Source: Thermoplasmata archaeon (GTDB lineage: Archaea; Thermoplasmatota; Thermoplasmata; Lutacidiplasmatales; UBA184). From it: a stretch of 64,000 nt of DNA. The first letter of the stretch is position 1. Each line of letters starts with the position of its first letter. Position numbers and translations under genes: made by a program. Of this stretch, positions 19,149 through 27,761 are shown in pieces. Under the pieces are notes generated by a model. It worked only from the letters and a program-made list of their open reading frames with translations, made no database searches and was not told where the DNA came from. Where the stretch lies: NCBI GenBank assembly GCA_050749465.1, contig JBOGRO010000050.1, forward strand, positions 364 to 64,363, in the 5' to 3' direction.

Positions 19149-19475
19149 TCAGTCCCCAGACGGTGCGGCCGTCGCCGCCTTCCGCAGGCGGCGCGCTCGC
19201 TCCTTGGAACCGTAGCCCGTGGCCGCCTCGAGGAAGCGGTTGTAGCGTTGGATCGTCTCGGCGGCCACCCTCTCGGGTACCTTCGGGTCCATCGTGAGCT
19301 CGACCTCGAGCTCCCGTCCTGCCGCTCGGGCCGCGAGTCGCTGGATCGCTCCAAAGCTCGCGGTCACCGTCGCCCCGTCGGCCGCGACCGAGTCGAAATG
19401 CGCGGTTAGGACCGTGGCGAGCGACCCCGGCTCGAGGTTCTTTCGGTGGCTCGGGCGCACCGGGTACCGCTGCAC
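19149..19475 (-). CDS. hypothetical small protein
   Basis: Only the 3' part of the 413-aa ORF looks protein-like (..LATVLTAHFDSVAADGATVTASFGAIQRLAA..IQRYNRFLEAATGYGSKERARRL). GTG 19475 is a plausible start. The upstream part is Arg/Pro junk that overlaps a real gene in another frame. Confidence 0.45.
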   Translation of the reverse strand: MQRYPVRPSHRKNLEPGSLATVLTAHFDSVAADGATVTASFGAIQRLAARAAGRELEVELTMDPKVPERVAAETIQRYNRFLEAATGYGSKERARRLRKAATAAPSGD

Positions 19476-19537
19476 GATGTCCGGTTGAAATCGGTGCGGG
19501 TTAAAAGGGCTCCATCGCGCGGCGCGACGGGTCCGGC

Positions 19538-19759
19538 TTAAACCGTCTCGATCTCGAGGCGCACCCGGTAGCCGCGGAGGCGGCGGGTGATCTCGTCGGA
19601 GAGGTCGAGGATCTGCTCGCGGTCGGCGGAGCCCTGCCAGTCGTAGACGAAATCGTAGTTCCCGTGGGTCGGGACGAATCCCGAGGTGCGCAGCCGGTCC
19701 GCGATCTCCGACGGCTTCGCTCCCTCGCTGTCGAACGTCACCCGGAGGTACGTTTCCAT
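19538..19759 (-). CDS. hypothetical 73-aa protein
   Basis: Compact ORF with balanced composition: METYLRVTFDSEGAKPSEIADRLRTSGFVPTHGNYDFVYDW... Confidence 0.5.
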   Translation of the reverse strand: METYLRVTFDSEGAKPSEIADRLRTSGFVPTHGNYDFVYDWQGSADREQILDLSDEITRRLRGYRVRLEIETV

Positions 19760-19783
19760 GCGGAGACCCAGCCGCGGGAGGGG

Positions 19784-20590
19784 CTAAATCCTCTGCGTCG
19801 AACGGCCGGGGGCGAGCAGACGGGTGAGCGCGGCCGCGAACTGGGCGGGCGAGCGCCGGGGGACCCCCCGCGGGACGAGCCCGATCGCGCCCGCCCGCTC
19901 GATGAGGAGGCGACGGGTCGGGCTGACCCGTCGGACCGCGACCCCCAGGTCCCCCGCCGCGGCCGCCCGGCGGGCGGCGGACCCGAGACGGGCGGACGCG
20001 CGGCCTCGCTTCGGGTACGGCACCGGGACGATCCGCGCGTGGGGGAAAGCGGCGCGGATCGCCGCCCGCGCGGGGGCGAGGTCCTCCGGATCGTCGACCG
20101 CGAGCCCGACCCCGATCGGGGCGCGACGTCGTCCCGCCGGGTCGATCTCGCCCGCGCGGATGCGTCGGGAGCTGACGGGCTGCAGGTCGTCGCCGAGGAC
20201 GAGGGGGACGACCCGGACCGGCACGGGCGGGAAGCCCCGGCGTCGACGCTCCGCGAGGACCGCCTGCGCCCCCGACCGGGTGTCCGCCGAGACGACGAGC
20301 GCGTCCACGCCGGGCCCGACCGAGCGGCCGAACGGGTCGTCGAGCGGGGTGAGGGTCCATCGCCACGCGGGAAACCGCGCGGAGAGCCACCGGGTGAGGG
20401 CGCGGCGGCGGGCGGCGTACGGCTGGATCGCGGCCGCGCCGGGTTTCGGGTGCCGGGCGAGGAATCCCTCGGTCGTCACGCCGATCGCGACCGTCCGCCC
20501 GGTCCGGAACGCGCTCGCCAAGAGCGCCTCATGGCCGACGTGCAGTCGGTCGAACGTACCTCCGAGCACGGCGCGCGCGACGCGGGCCAC
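19784..20590 (-). CDS. coaD: phosphopantetheine adenylyltransferase (archaeal cytidylyltransferase-type) with an approximately 110-aa C-terminal extension
   Basis: GGTFDRLHVGHEALL nucleotidyltransferase motif and ..SSRRIRAGEID. The C-terminal third is unassigned. Confidence 0.7.
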   Translation of the reverse strand: MARVARAVLGGTFDRLHVGHEALLASAFRTGRTVAIGVTTEGFLARHPKPGAAAIQPYAARRRALTRWLSARFPAWRWTLTPLDDPFGRSVGPGVDALVVSADTRSGAQAVLAERRRRGFPPVPVRVVPLVLGDDLQPVSSRRIRAGEIDPAGRRRAPIGVGLAVDDPEDLAPARAAIRAAFPHARIVPVPYPKRGRASARLGSAARRAAAAGDLGVAVRRVSPTRRLLIERAGAIGLVPRGVPRRSPAQFAAALTRLLAPGRSTQRI

Positions 20591-20603
20591 GGACTCCGCC
20601 TCG

Positions 20604-20783
20604 CTAGATGTGGACGAAGAGGAGGATCACGAGAAGGACGATCACGCCGTACATGAGATACGTGTACATCCGCCGCGTCTGGGCGCCCTGCTCGCGCTTC
20701 GCGCGGCACGTCTTGCTGCAGGTCTCCTCGCCGGGGGCGCACACCTTGCCGCAGACCTTGCAGTGGCGATGATCGTCGGGCAC
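20604..20783 (-). CDS. DUF2116-like Zn-ribbon small membrane protein (59 aa)
   Basis: My own translation: VPDDHRHCKVCGKVCAPGEETCSKTCRAKREQGAQTRRMYTYLMYGVIVLLVILLFVHI. Below the length cutoff of the ORF track. Confidence 0.65.
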   Translation of the reverse strand: MPDDHRHCKVCGKVCAPGEETCSKTCRAKREQGAQTRRMYTYLMYGVIVLLVILLFVHI

Positions 20784-20834
20784 CGACGCGGACAGGGTCG
20801 AGCGGGGCCTTAGCCTTGACCGGCGGGGAACGCG

Positions 20835-23800
20835 TTAGGGCGCGCGTCGGACGCGCCGGCGATCCGTGCTCGATTCGAGGTCCGGCGCCTCCGCCTCGGG
20901 GTCGAGGGGGTTCACCGGGTCGTCGTCGAACGGCGCGAAGTTCGCGCGCGGTCGCAGCGGAGCGCTGCGCGCGTCGGGGCGAGCCGAGGCCGCCGCGGCC
21001 CGGGTCGCGCGCCGTAGCGAGCGCGCCGCCGCGTCGGTCGGCGGGGCGTCGATGTCGTCGTCCGACGCCGCCATCTGCCGGACGAAGTTGAGCCAGATCC
21101 GGCCCTGGTGGGCGATCGCGCCCTCCATCCGGTCGCGGAGCTCGGTCGTCTGCTCGAGCATCTCCCCTTCGAGGCGGCGCAGCTCGCGGCTGAACTCCCG
21201 CCGGAACTCCTTGAGCCGGGCGTCCGCCGCCGCCGACGGCCCCCCGTCGCGCTGGAGCTCGTCGACCTTGAGCCACGTGCTCCGTACGAGCGGCACCATC
21301 CGGTCCGCCATCACCTGGAGACGTCGGTCGAGGTCCTCGAGGTCCCGCCGGACCGTTTGCTCGACGGCCGCGAGCGCGCTCGCCCGCTCCTTGAGCTGGG
21401 CTTCGACCTGGGCGAGGCGGTCGATCGCCGCCTCCTGCTGCGTGCGGTTCCGGGCCGTGGCGTCCGCGATCCGGGCTTCGAGCGTCTTGTGGTCGGCGAG
21501 CCGCAGTGACTCGACCACTCGGGTCGTACGCTCCCGGACCGCGCGGTCGAACTCGGGGGAGTCGATCGTGTGGGCGAGACCTTGGTCGACGTCGGTCTTG
21601 AGCCGAGCCAGGAGCTCCACATACTTCTCGCGCTCCCGGTCCTGGTCTTCGCGCATCCGCTGGTCGAAGTACGACTGCAGCCGGACCTGGAGTCCGGCGA
21701 GCGCCTGGGTCTGGGCCTCGGACGCCGCGGTCACGCGCGCCTCGTGGGCGAGCTCGAGCCGGCGCTCGGTCTGGGCGAGCTGGTCCTGCCAGCCTTGGAG
21801 CATGTTCTCGCGCTGCTCGGTTCCGCCGACGAGGACCCGGTTCTCGAGGTCCTTCGTCCGGCCGTCCACGAGGAGGCCGAGGCGTTGCTCGAGCTCGCGG
21901 ATCTCGCGGGAGCGGCGCACGTCGGACTCGGAGAGCCGCTCCTTGAGGAGCTCCCGGACGCGACCTTCGATCTCCTCGCGGAGTGTCGCACCCTGCTCCT
22001 TCGCCTCGCGGAGCTCGATATCCATTTGGGCGATCAGCGCCGCCCGGAGGTCCTCCTCGGACTTCGCGCCGCGCGCCTTCGTCTCGTCGATCGACTCCGC
22101 GATCTCCGAGCGCAGCTGCACCCCGAGCGAGTCGGTGGACGCTTTCAGCGCGAGGCGGGACTTCTCGAACTGTTCCGCGAGCTTGGGGCTCACCGTCTCC
22201 CGAAGCTGCCGGGCGATCTCGTCCGGGACGGAGTTCGGGGGGAGCACCGGTCGAGCCTCGACGGCGGCGAGGCGCGCGGCGAGGTCCCCGTGGGACGTCG
22301 CGAGCGCGCGGGACTGGGACTCGGTGAGCTCGCGGACCCGGCGATCCATCGCGGAGTTCGACCGCGACTCGGAATCGAGCACGGCGGCGGTCACGCGCGT
22401 CTCGATCGCCTTCGGGTCGACCGCCGTCGGGAGCCGGGCGGTGACCTCGCGGACCCGGTCGGCCACGTACGACCGAAGCCGGGCATCGGATTCCGCCGAC
22501 CGCGCGGGAGAGAGGCCGGGGTCGGGAGGGAGCAGCGTCGGCGCGACCGGCGCGAGCGCGACGGGCGCGGCTGGCGCCGGCGCGACCGGCGGGGGGGAGA
22601 GCGGCGGAGGGACCGCCGCGCCCGCGGGGAGGGTGGACGGATCGTCCTGTACGGAGACGGGCACGGCGACCGGACCCGGCGAGGGGACGCGGATCTCGGG
22701 CGGCCGCTGCAGCCACGGAGGGACCTGGCTCGTGAGCGTCCGCGCCACCGCCTCGGCGACCGCCGGAGCGGGCCGAGAGTTGGCGACGGCCCCCGCCGTG
22801 ACGTCGGGGTCCGGGTGCGCCTGCAGGTACTGGCTCGCGCGTTTCGCGGCCTCGCCGCTCATCGGGATCGAGCGGCCCCTCGGGCGAGCGAGGAGGAGCG
22901 CGGCGCTCTCCATCGCGGTGCCGATCCGCCACATCTCCTTGCGTCGGTCCTTGCCGCCCTGGCGGTCCGAGTCCTCGAGGTGGCCCCGCAGCCGGTCCGC
23001 CTCGACGAGGTCGACCCGTCGACTGACCTCGACGATCTTCGTGTCGTCGTGGTCGCGAACGTACTGGAGAACCAGGGGCAGCGCCTCCTTCGCGCGGCTC
23101 GCGACCGGCTTCGTCAGGTCGCGGAGCGAGATGGGAGCGGCCTCCCAGCTCTGGAGTCGCTTCGAGTGTCGGTCTCCGGCGGCCTCCCGCTCGGCGACCC
23201 GCATCACCGCGAGCGCGAGCGGGATCTGCTCCGCGAACTCATGCAGGTTGACCTTCCCTTCGGGAAGGAAGTACGGGAAGACCAGGAAGGCCCCGAGGGC
23301 CGTGAGCGACGTCGGGAGGAGCCGCACGAGCTCGCGGACCGCGTCGATCGCGCTCTCCCACTGGTCGGCGGCGACGATGACGACCGGTTCGGTCGTGCCG
23401 CGGTGGAAGAGGAAACCCTCGCCGACCGCCTGGTAGACCGACGGCTCGGGTTCCGCGCGCCGTCGGCCCGCGCCGGGGCGGCCGCCCATCGAGTCCCACG
23501 CCTGGAGTACGGCCCCGCCGAAGTCCCCGCTCGCGATCAGCTGCGGCGTGTCGAGGACGAGCGTTTTCATCCCGAGCCGCGGTCGGTCCTCGGTCGAGAG
23601 GAACATCCGGCCGACGCACGTGTAACGGCCGTTGCCGGCCGGGTAGAGGAAGAGGTTCGGATAGTACGACAGCGTCTGCGCCGGGTCCGGGTCCCAGTAG
23701 TCGTGGGTGTCGGCGACGTTGACCGTCAGGTTGCCGACGAGCCGGATCGTCTCGAGCGTCTCGCGCCGGGCCGGAAAATCCTCGGGGATCGTCGTGTACC

Positions 23801-23894
23801 CGGGGCTTTCGGCCTCGTTGTCCACCTGGCGGCACCAAACGACCGAGACCGGCGCGAATCCGCCGCCGGGCCGAAGGTCGGGGGCGGCCATCAT
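20835..23894 (-). CDS. 1019-aa protein: novel N-terminal globular domain, Pro-rich linker and a roughly 550-aa coiled coil
   Basis: Start ATG 23894 overlaps the GTPase stop (ATGA). The N-terminal roughly 330 aa is not recognisable (..VVWCRQVDNEAESPGYTTIPEDFP..). This is followed by PPLSPPPVAPAPAAP and then long heptad-like Glu/Arg/Leu-rich segments. Confidence 0.75.
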   Translation of the reverse strand: MMAAPDLRPGGGFAPVSVVWCRQVDNEAESPGYTTIPEDFPARRETLETIRLVGNLTVNVADTHDYWDPDPAQTLSYYPNLFLYPAGNGRYTCVGRMFLSTEDRPRLGMKTLVLDTPQLIASGDFGGAVLQAWDSMGGRPGAGRRRAEPEPSVYQAVGEGFLFHRGTTEPVVIVAADQWESAIDAVRELVRLLPTSLTALGAFLVFPYFLPEGKVNLHEFAEQIPLALAVMRVAEREAAGDRHSKRLQSWEAAPISLRDLTKPVASRAKEALPLVLQYVRDHDDTKIVEVSRRVDLVEADRLRGHLEDSDRQGGKDRRKEMWRIGTAMESAALLLARPRGRSIPMSGEAAKRASQYLQAHPDPDVTAGAVANSRPAPAVAEAVARTLTSQVPPWLQRPPEIRVPSPGPVAVPVSVQDDPSTLPAGAAVPPPLSPPPVAPAPAAPVALAPVAPTLLPPDPGLSPARSAESDARLRSYVADRVREVTARLPTAVDPKAIETRVTAAVLDSESRSNSAMDRRVRELTESQSRALATSHGDLAARLAAVEARPVLPPNSVPDEIARQLRETVSPKLAEQFEKSRLALKASTDSLGVQLRSEIAESIDETKARGAKSEEDLRAALIAQMDIELREAKEQGATLREEIEGRVRELLKERLSESDVRRSREIRELEQRLGLLVDGRTKDLENRVLVGGTEQRENMLQGWQDQLAQTERRLELAHEARVTAASEAQTQALAGLQVRLQSYFDQRMREDQDREREKYVELLARLKTDVDQGLAHTIDSPEFDRAVRERTTRVVESLRLADHKTLEARIADATARNRTQQEAAIDRLAQVEAQLKERASALAAVEQTVRRDLEDLDRRLQVMADRMVPLVRSTWLKVDELQRDGGPSAAADARLKEFRREFSRELRRLEGEMLEQTTELRDRMEGAIAHQGRIWLNFVRQMAASDDDIDAPPTDAAARSLRRATRAAAASARPDARSAPLRPRANFAPFDDDPVNPLDPEAEAPDLESSTDRRRVRRAP

Positions 23895-25054
23895 CCCCCC
23901 TTCGTCGCCCGACGATCGAGGATCTTCTCGCACGCCCGCGCGAGTGGTAACGTCGTGTTGACCATCACCGGGACCCCCATCGTCGGGGTCCCGACGGTCG
24001 GTGCCTCTTGGCCGCTCTCCCCGATGAAGAGAGGATGGCCCTCCCCGGTCGAGACGGCGCTGGAGACGAGGAAGACGTCGTCCCGGACGGAGATCCCCTG
24101 GCCCTCCTGCGCGACGAGGATCGTCCCCATGCCCGCCCCATCGCGCCGGAGCAGGAACTCGAACGCGTCGAACGAGCTCTGGAAGGTGCGGTCCCGGACG
24201 GTCGACTCGACCTCGGAGTAGAACTCCTTGAGTTTGTCCGCCTTCGAGATCGCGATCACGAGCGGGACGTCGTGGCTCTTCGAGTAGCGGAAGACCCCGC
24301 GCGCGAGGTTCACCTGCTGCGCCTGGTCCCGGAGCGACGGGAGCGCCGGCGAGAGCAGGAGGATGATCGCGTCCGCGCCGTGGACGAAGCGCCCGAGGAG
24401 GGTCAGGCCGTGGCGCCAGAGATCGCGCCGGTCGGGCCGCCAGGAGTCGAAGTGGGGGATGACCCGGCAGCTCTTCTCCGAGACCTCGTCCTCCGCCGAC
24501 TCGACCCAGAGCCGGTCGTAGGTGAAGTAGTCGGCGATGATCCCGCCGGCCTCATCGATCGTGTTGAGCTCGAGCGGCCTCGAACCGTCGCCGCCCGGGG
24601 CGCCGTAGCGGAAGCGGAGCTTCATCTCGACGAACTGGTTGAACTTCGTCGGGAGCGGGTACTTCGTGAGGACCCCTTGCTCCTCTCGCCCGGCGGAGAG
24701 TTCGACCCAGAGCTTGCGCCGGTCCTCCATCGGACGGTTGACGTAGTACCGGGTCGTCGTCTCGAGGCTCCCCTCGGGGTCGGTCGGGTCGGTCGTCTCG
24801 TACGTCGTCTCCTCCAGCGCGACGTCGTTCTCGAGGTCCCCGTAGAGCGGGATCTGGTTCGAGTCGGCCCGGGACGGGATGTACAGGACCGGGAGGTTCA
24901 GGCCGAAGTGCCCGGAGAGGAAACGGAAGTACGTGGTCTTCCCCGAGGCCGGGATCCCGATCACCGCGATGCGGGCCGTCTCGGCGCTCGGCTTCGTCTC
25001 GCGCTTCGCGCCCGGCGCCCGCCGGGTCTTTGTGGTGACCTTGACCGCCGGCAT
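23891..25054 (-). CDS. P-loop GTPase (small-GTPase-like G1-G5 motifs) with a large insert
   Basis: G1 GIPASGKTT, G3 DEAGG, G4-like ISKADK, G5-like SSAV. About 130 aa lie between G1 and G3. ATG 25054 sits 10 nt after the vWA stop and is preceded by GGAG. Confidence 0.75.
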   Translation of the reverse strand: MPAVKVTTKTRRAPGAKRETKPSAETARIAVIGIPASGKTTYFRFLSGHFGLNLPVLYIPSRADSNQIPLYGDLENDVALEETTYETTDPTDPEGSLETTTRYYVNRPMEDRRKLWVELSAGREEQGVLTKYPLPTKFNQFVEMKLRFRYGAPGGDGSRPLELNTIDEAGGIIADYFTYDRLWVESAEDEVSEKSCRVIPHFDSWRPDRRDLWRHGLTLLGRFVHGADAIILLLSPALPSLRDQAQQVNLARGVFRYSKSHDVPLVIAISKADKLKEFYSEVESTVRDRTFQSSFDAFEFLLRRDGAGMGTILVAQEGQGISVRDDVFLVSSAVSTGEGHPLFIGESGQEAPTVGTPTMGVPVMVNTTLPLARACEKILDRRATKGG

Positions 25055-25064
25055 GGAGTGCTCC

Positions 25065-26570
25065 TTACCGCATCTCCGCGAGGCATATCTCGATAAAGTC
25101 GAGCGCCCCCTCGACCGCCGGGCCATTCGCGGAGAGGTCGAGACGGGCGTCCTGCAACATGCCGAAGACCTGACCGACCGCCTCCTCGTGCTTCTGCGCG
25201 GCGTCCTGGAGGTCGCCGGCCCCGGCGAGCCGGGTCAGCTCGTACGTGCCGCGCAGCTCCATCAGCCGCGCGAATAGGGTCATCAGGCGTTCCCGGGTCG
25301 TCCCATCCGCCCCGCCGAGCCGGTGCTCGGTGTCATCGATGAATCGGACGAGAGTTTCGGTCTCCTTATCGTTCTGCATCCGTGCCTGCAGTAACGCGAG
25401 CCTCCGAAGAATCTTCGGTTGGACCGAGCGCGGCAGCTTTTCGGCCTCCGCCCAGGCCTGGAGGAGGGCGCGCGCGGCCTCGACCACCGCGCGGTTCGAG
25501 TACTGGATCCGGGCCTCCCAGTAGAGCCGCGTGACCGGCGGAAGCACCGACGACGCCTTGGCGAGGAGGGAGAGCGCGACATCGGGCTGACCGGCCATGT
25601 ACGCCTCGACGACCTCCCCGAGCGGCCCGTACCGCTCGCGGAGGTAGGCGGGCGTCGTCCCGCCGGTCGTCTTCACGACGTCGACCTCGAGGTCCGGCGT
25701 CTCCGAGTAGGTGGGGTCGGCCGACTGCGACGCACCGTGCGCGGAGTGGATGCGCGATACCGTCGCGTGCTGCTGCGGCTCCTTGAGCGCCCTCGCAGCG
25801 TTCGCGGCGTGCCGGGCGAGCTCCTCCGGGTGGAGCTCCTCGATCGGCCGATCGTCCTCGTAGCCGACGTCGAGGAACGCGTTGACCATTTGGGCGAAGA
25901 GCTGCGAGCCCGTCGTGACCTCCTGGAAGCTGAAGGCCGCCGGCAGGCCGACCTCACCGGCTCGGCGCTCCATCTGGGAAATGAGGTAGTTGATGCGAGC
26001 GGCGTCGACCCCCTTGTCCTTCTCTCCGCCGTTCCCGATCCCGATCACGCGGAGGGCGAGCTGCGATCCCGCGGGCAGCATGTACGACACGAGGTCGATC
26101 CGGCCCGGGGAGATATTCGGGCCTTCCGGGAGCTGGACGTCGAAGCGGGACGAAGCGTTGTCCCAACCGTCCGTGACGAGGACAAGGTTCCCCTGGACGC
26201 CGAGGGTGCCCATCCGCAAGAGGTCGGCCCCGACCGCGAGGGCATCCCAGATTGCCGAGCGGCCGCTGGGGGTCAGGAGCGAGATCAAGTTCTCGATGTA
26301 CGGTAGGTTCTCGCGGTGGATCTCGGTCAGCGGGACCGCGACCCGGACCGTCTCCGTGAACGTGACGAGTCCGAAGAGCGAGCCCGAGGTCGAGGCGTCC
26401 TGGAGGATGCGGAACACCGCGGTGCGGGCGACCTCGATCTTCTGGCGCTCGGGCTGGTCGGGGGTCGCGTCCGGGAGCGGCGCCAGCATGCTCTTCGACA
26501 GGTCGAGGAGCAGCACGTTCCGCTCGCGGTGGGGAGGGAGGGCTGCGGAGGTTCCGGAATCGTCCGCCAT
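25065..26570 (-). CDS. von Willebrand factor A (vWA) domain protein with C-terminal helical-repeat domain
   Basis: MIDAS DLSKSM..T..D(GWDN) with NVLLLDLSKSM and LVLVTDGWDNAS. The C-terminal roughly 230 aa is alpha-helical and TPR-like. Confidence 0.8.
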   Translation of the reverse strand: MADDSGTSAALPPHRERNVLLLDLSKSMLAPLPDATPDQPERQKIEVARTAVFRILQDASTSGSLFGLVTFTETVRVAVPLTEIHRENLPYIENLISLLTPSGRSAIWDALAVGADLLRMGTLGVQGNLVLVTDGWDNASSRFDVQLPEGPNISPGRIDLVSYMLPAGSQLALRVIGIGNGGEKDKGVDAARINYLISQMERRAGEVGLPAAFSFQEVTTGSQLFAQMVNAFLDVGYEDDRPIEELHPEELARHAANAARALKEPQQHATVSRIHSAHGASQSADPTYSETPDLEVDVVKTTGGTTPAYLRERYGPLGEVVEAYMAGQPDVALSLLAKASSVLPPVTRLYWEARIQYSNRAVVEAARALLQAWAEAEKLPRSVQPKILRRLALLQARMQNDKETETLVRFIDDTEHRLGGADGTTRERLMTLFARLMELRGTYELTRLAGAGDLQDAAQKHEEAVGQVFGMLQDARLDLSANGPAVEGALDFIEICLAEMR

Positions 26571-26969
26571 GTTGGAAGAACGGAAGCCCTACGGTCCGGC
26601 GGGCACGGGCCGGTCAGGCCGCCAGAGCCTCCCGATCGATCCGGACGCAGCGCACGAAGTAGGTTTACCTCGGGCAGAGTATTTGTGGCTTCCGACGGAA
26701 CCGCCCCCACGCGCCTCGGAGCCGACGGTCGCATCGTCGCGCCGGCTTGCCCGCGTGTCGCACGCGAGCCCGAGAGTCCAACCCCGCCGCGGTCCGAGGA
26801 TAGAACCATATCCTACTCCGTCGCTCTTTCGTGACGAAGCCGACGCGTCACGCGGTCGGGAAGCCTGTGCACCGCGCCCCGCGCCGGCCGAAGTCGGACC
26901 GTGACGCGGGGAGCCCGAGAGGAAACCAGCCGAGTGTACGTCGACCCGGGTCGCGCGGACGGGTGACCC

Positions 26970-27761
26970 GTGGACAACTGGTCGCTCGGGGCGGGGGCTG
27001 TGGCGCTCGCGGTCCTGCCGGTCTACCTCTATGTCGGCGAACGGCTCCGGCGGCGGCCGGTGCCCGCGAGCGCGCAACTCGCGTCGTCCCAGTTCGTCGT
27101 CTGGTGGTGGGGAATCGGTCTCGCGGGCGCGTCCAGCGGCGTGGAGGCGATCCTCTGGGCATTCGGCGTCTTGACCCTCCCCACAGCCATCACCTTCCAG
27201 GTCCTGGTCGTGATCCTCGACTGCGTCTTCCTCTGGGGGCTACTCGGCTACCTGACCTATATCTACACGGGCCGGAACCGGCTCGTACCCTGGAGCGTAT
27301 TCTACATCGCGTTCTTTGTCGTGACGCTCAACTACGAGTTCACCCTCCAACCAATCGGGGTCTCGGCGCCTCGGGGCGCCCCGCAGCTCGTCTTTGCGCA
27401 CGTGGCCGTGCTCGGGGACCCCGTGGTCATCTACGTTCTCTTTGGGCTCCTCGTTCCCGAGATCGCGGGGCTCGTGTTGTACTTCACCCTCTTCTTTCGG
27501 ACCCACGATCGGACGCTCCGATACCGGATCGGACTCGTGACCCTGAGCCTCGCGCTCTGGTTCGGGGTGACGTTCTACACGCCCCCCTCGAGCGCGATCC
27601 TGCCCCAGCTGTGGACCCTGCTGTCGGCTATCATTGAGGCGTCCGCCTCCCTGATCGCCCTCCTCGCCTACTTTCCGCCTGAGGGGGTTCAACGACGATT
27701 CCGGATCGGCTCGTTGTCCAATTCCGAAGAGCGGCCGGAGGGGCGGCCCGCGAGCGAATGA
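26970..27761 (+). CDS. polytopic (about 7 TM) membrane sensor module, HisKA_7TM-like
   Basis: 263 aa, 7-8 hydrophobic helices. The stop overlaps the HK start (ATGA at 27758-27761). Confidence 0.65.
   Translation: MDNWSLGAGAVALAVLPVYLYVGERLRRRPVPASAQLASSQFVVWWWGIGLAGASSGVEAILWAFGVLTLPTAITFQVLVVILDCVFLWGLLGYLTYIYTGRNRLVPWSVFYIAFFVVTLNYEFTLQPIGVSAPRGAPQLVFAHVAVLGDPVVIYVLFGLLVPEIAGLVLYFTLFFRTHDRTLRYRIGLVTLSLALWFGVTFYTPPSSAILPQLWTLLSAIIEASASLIALLAYFPPEGVQRRFRIGSLSNSEERPEGRPASE

Noticed and set aside
20476-24221. Several 800-880-aa ORFs (20476..22932 minus, 20866..23436 plus, 21570..24221 plus)
   Set aside because: They are off-frame or antisense shadows of the coiled-coil gene. Their composition is extremely Arg/Ser/Pro/Gly-rich and low-complexity, with no start context.
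26571-26969. About 400-nt spacer between the vWA operon and the 7TM gene, as a possible ncRNA locus
   Set aside because: It holds only short hairpins (CGTGACG..CGTCACG at about 26830-26852, GGATA..TATCC at about 26799-26814) and TATA-like patches. I could find no conserved RNA motif, so it is treated as a promoter/UTR region.
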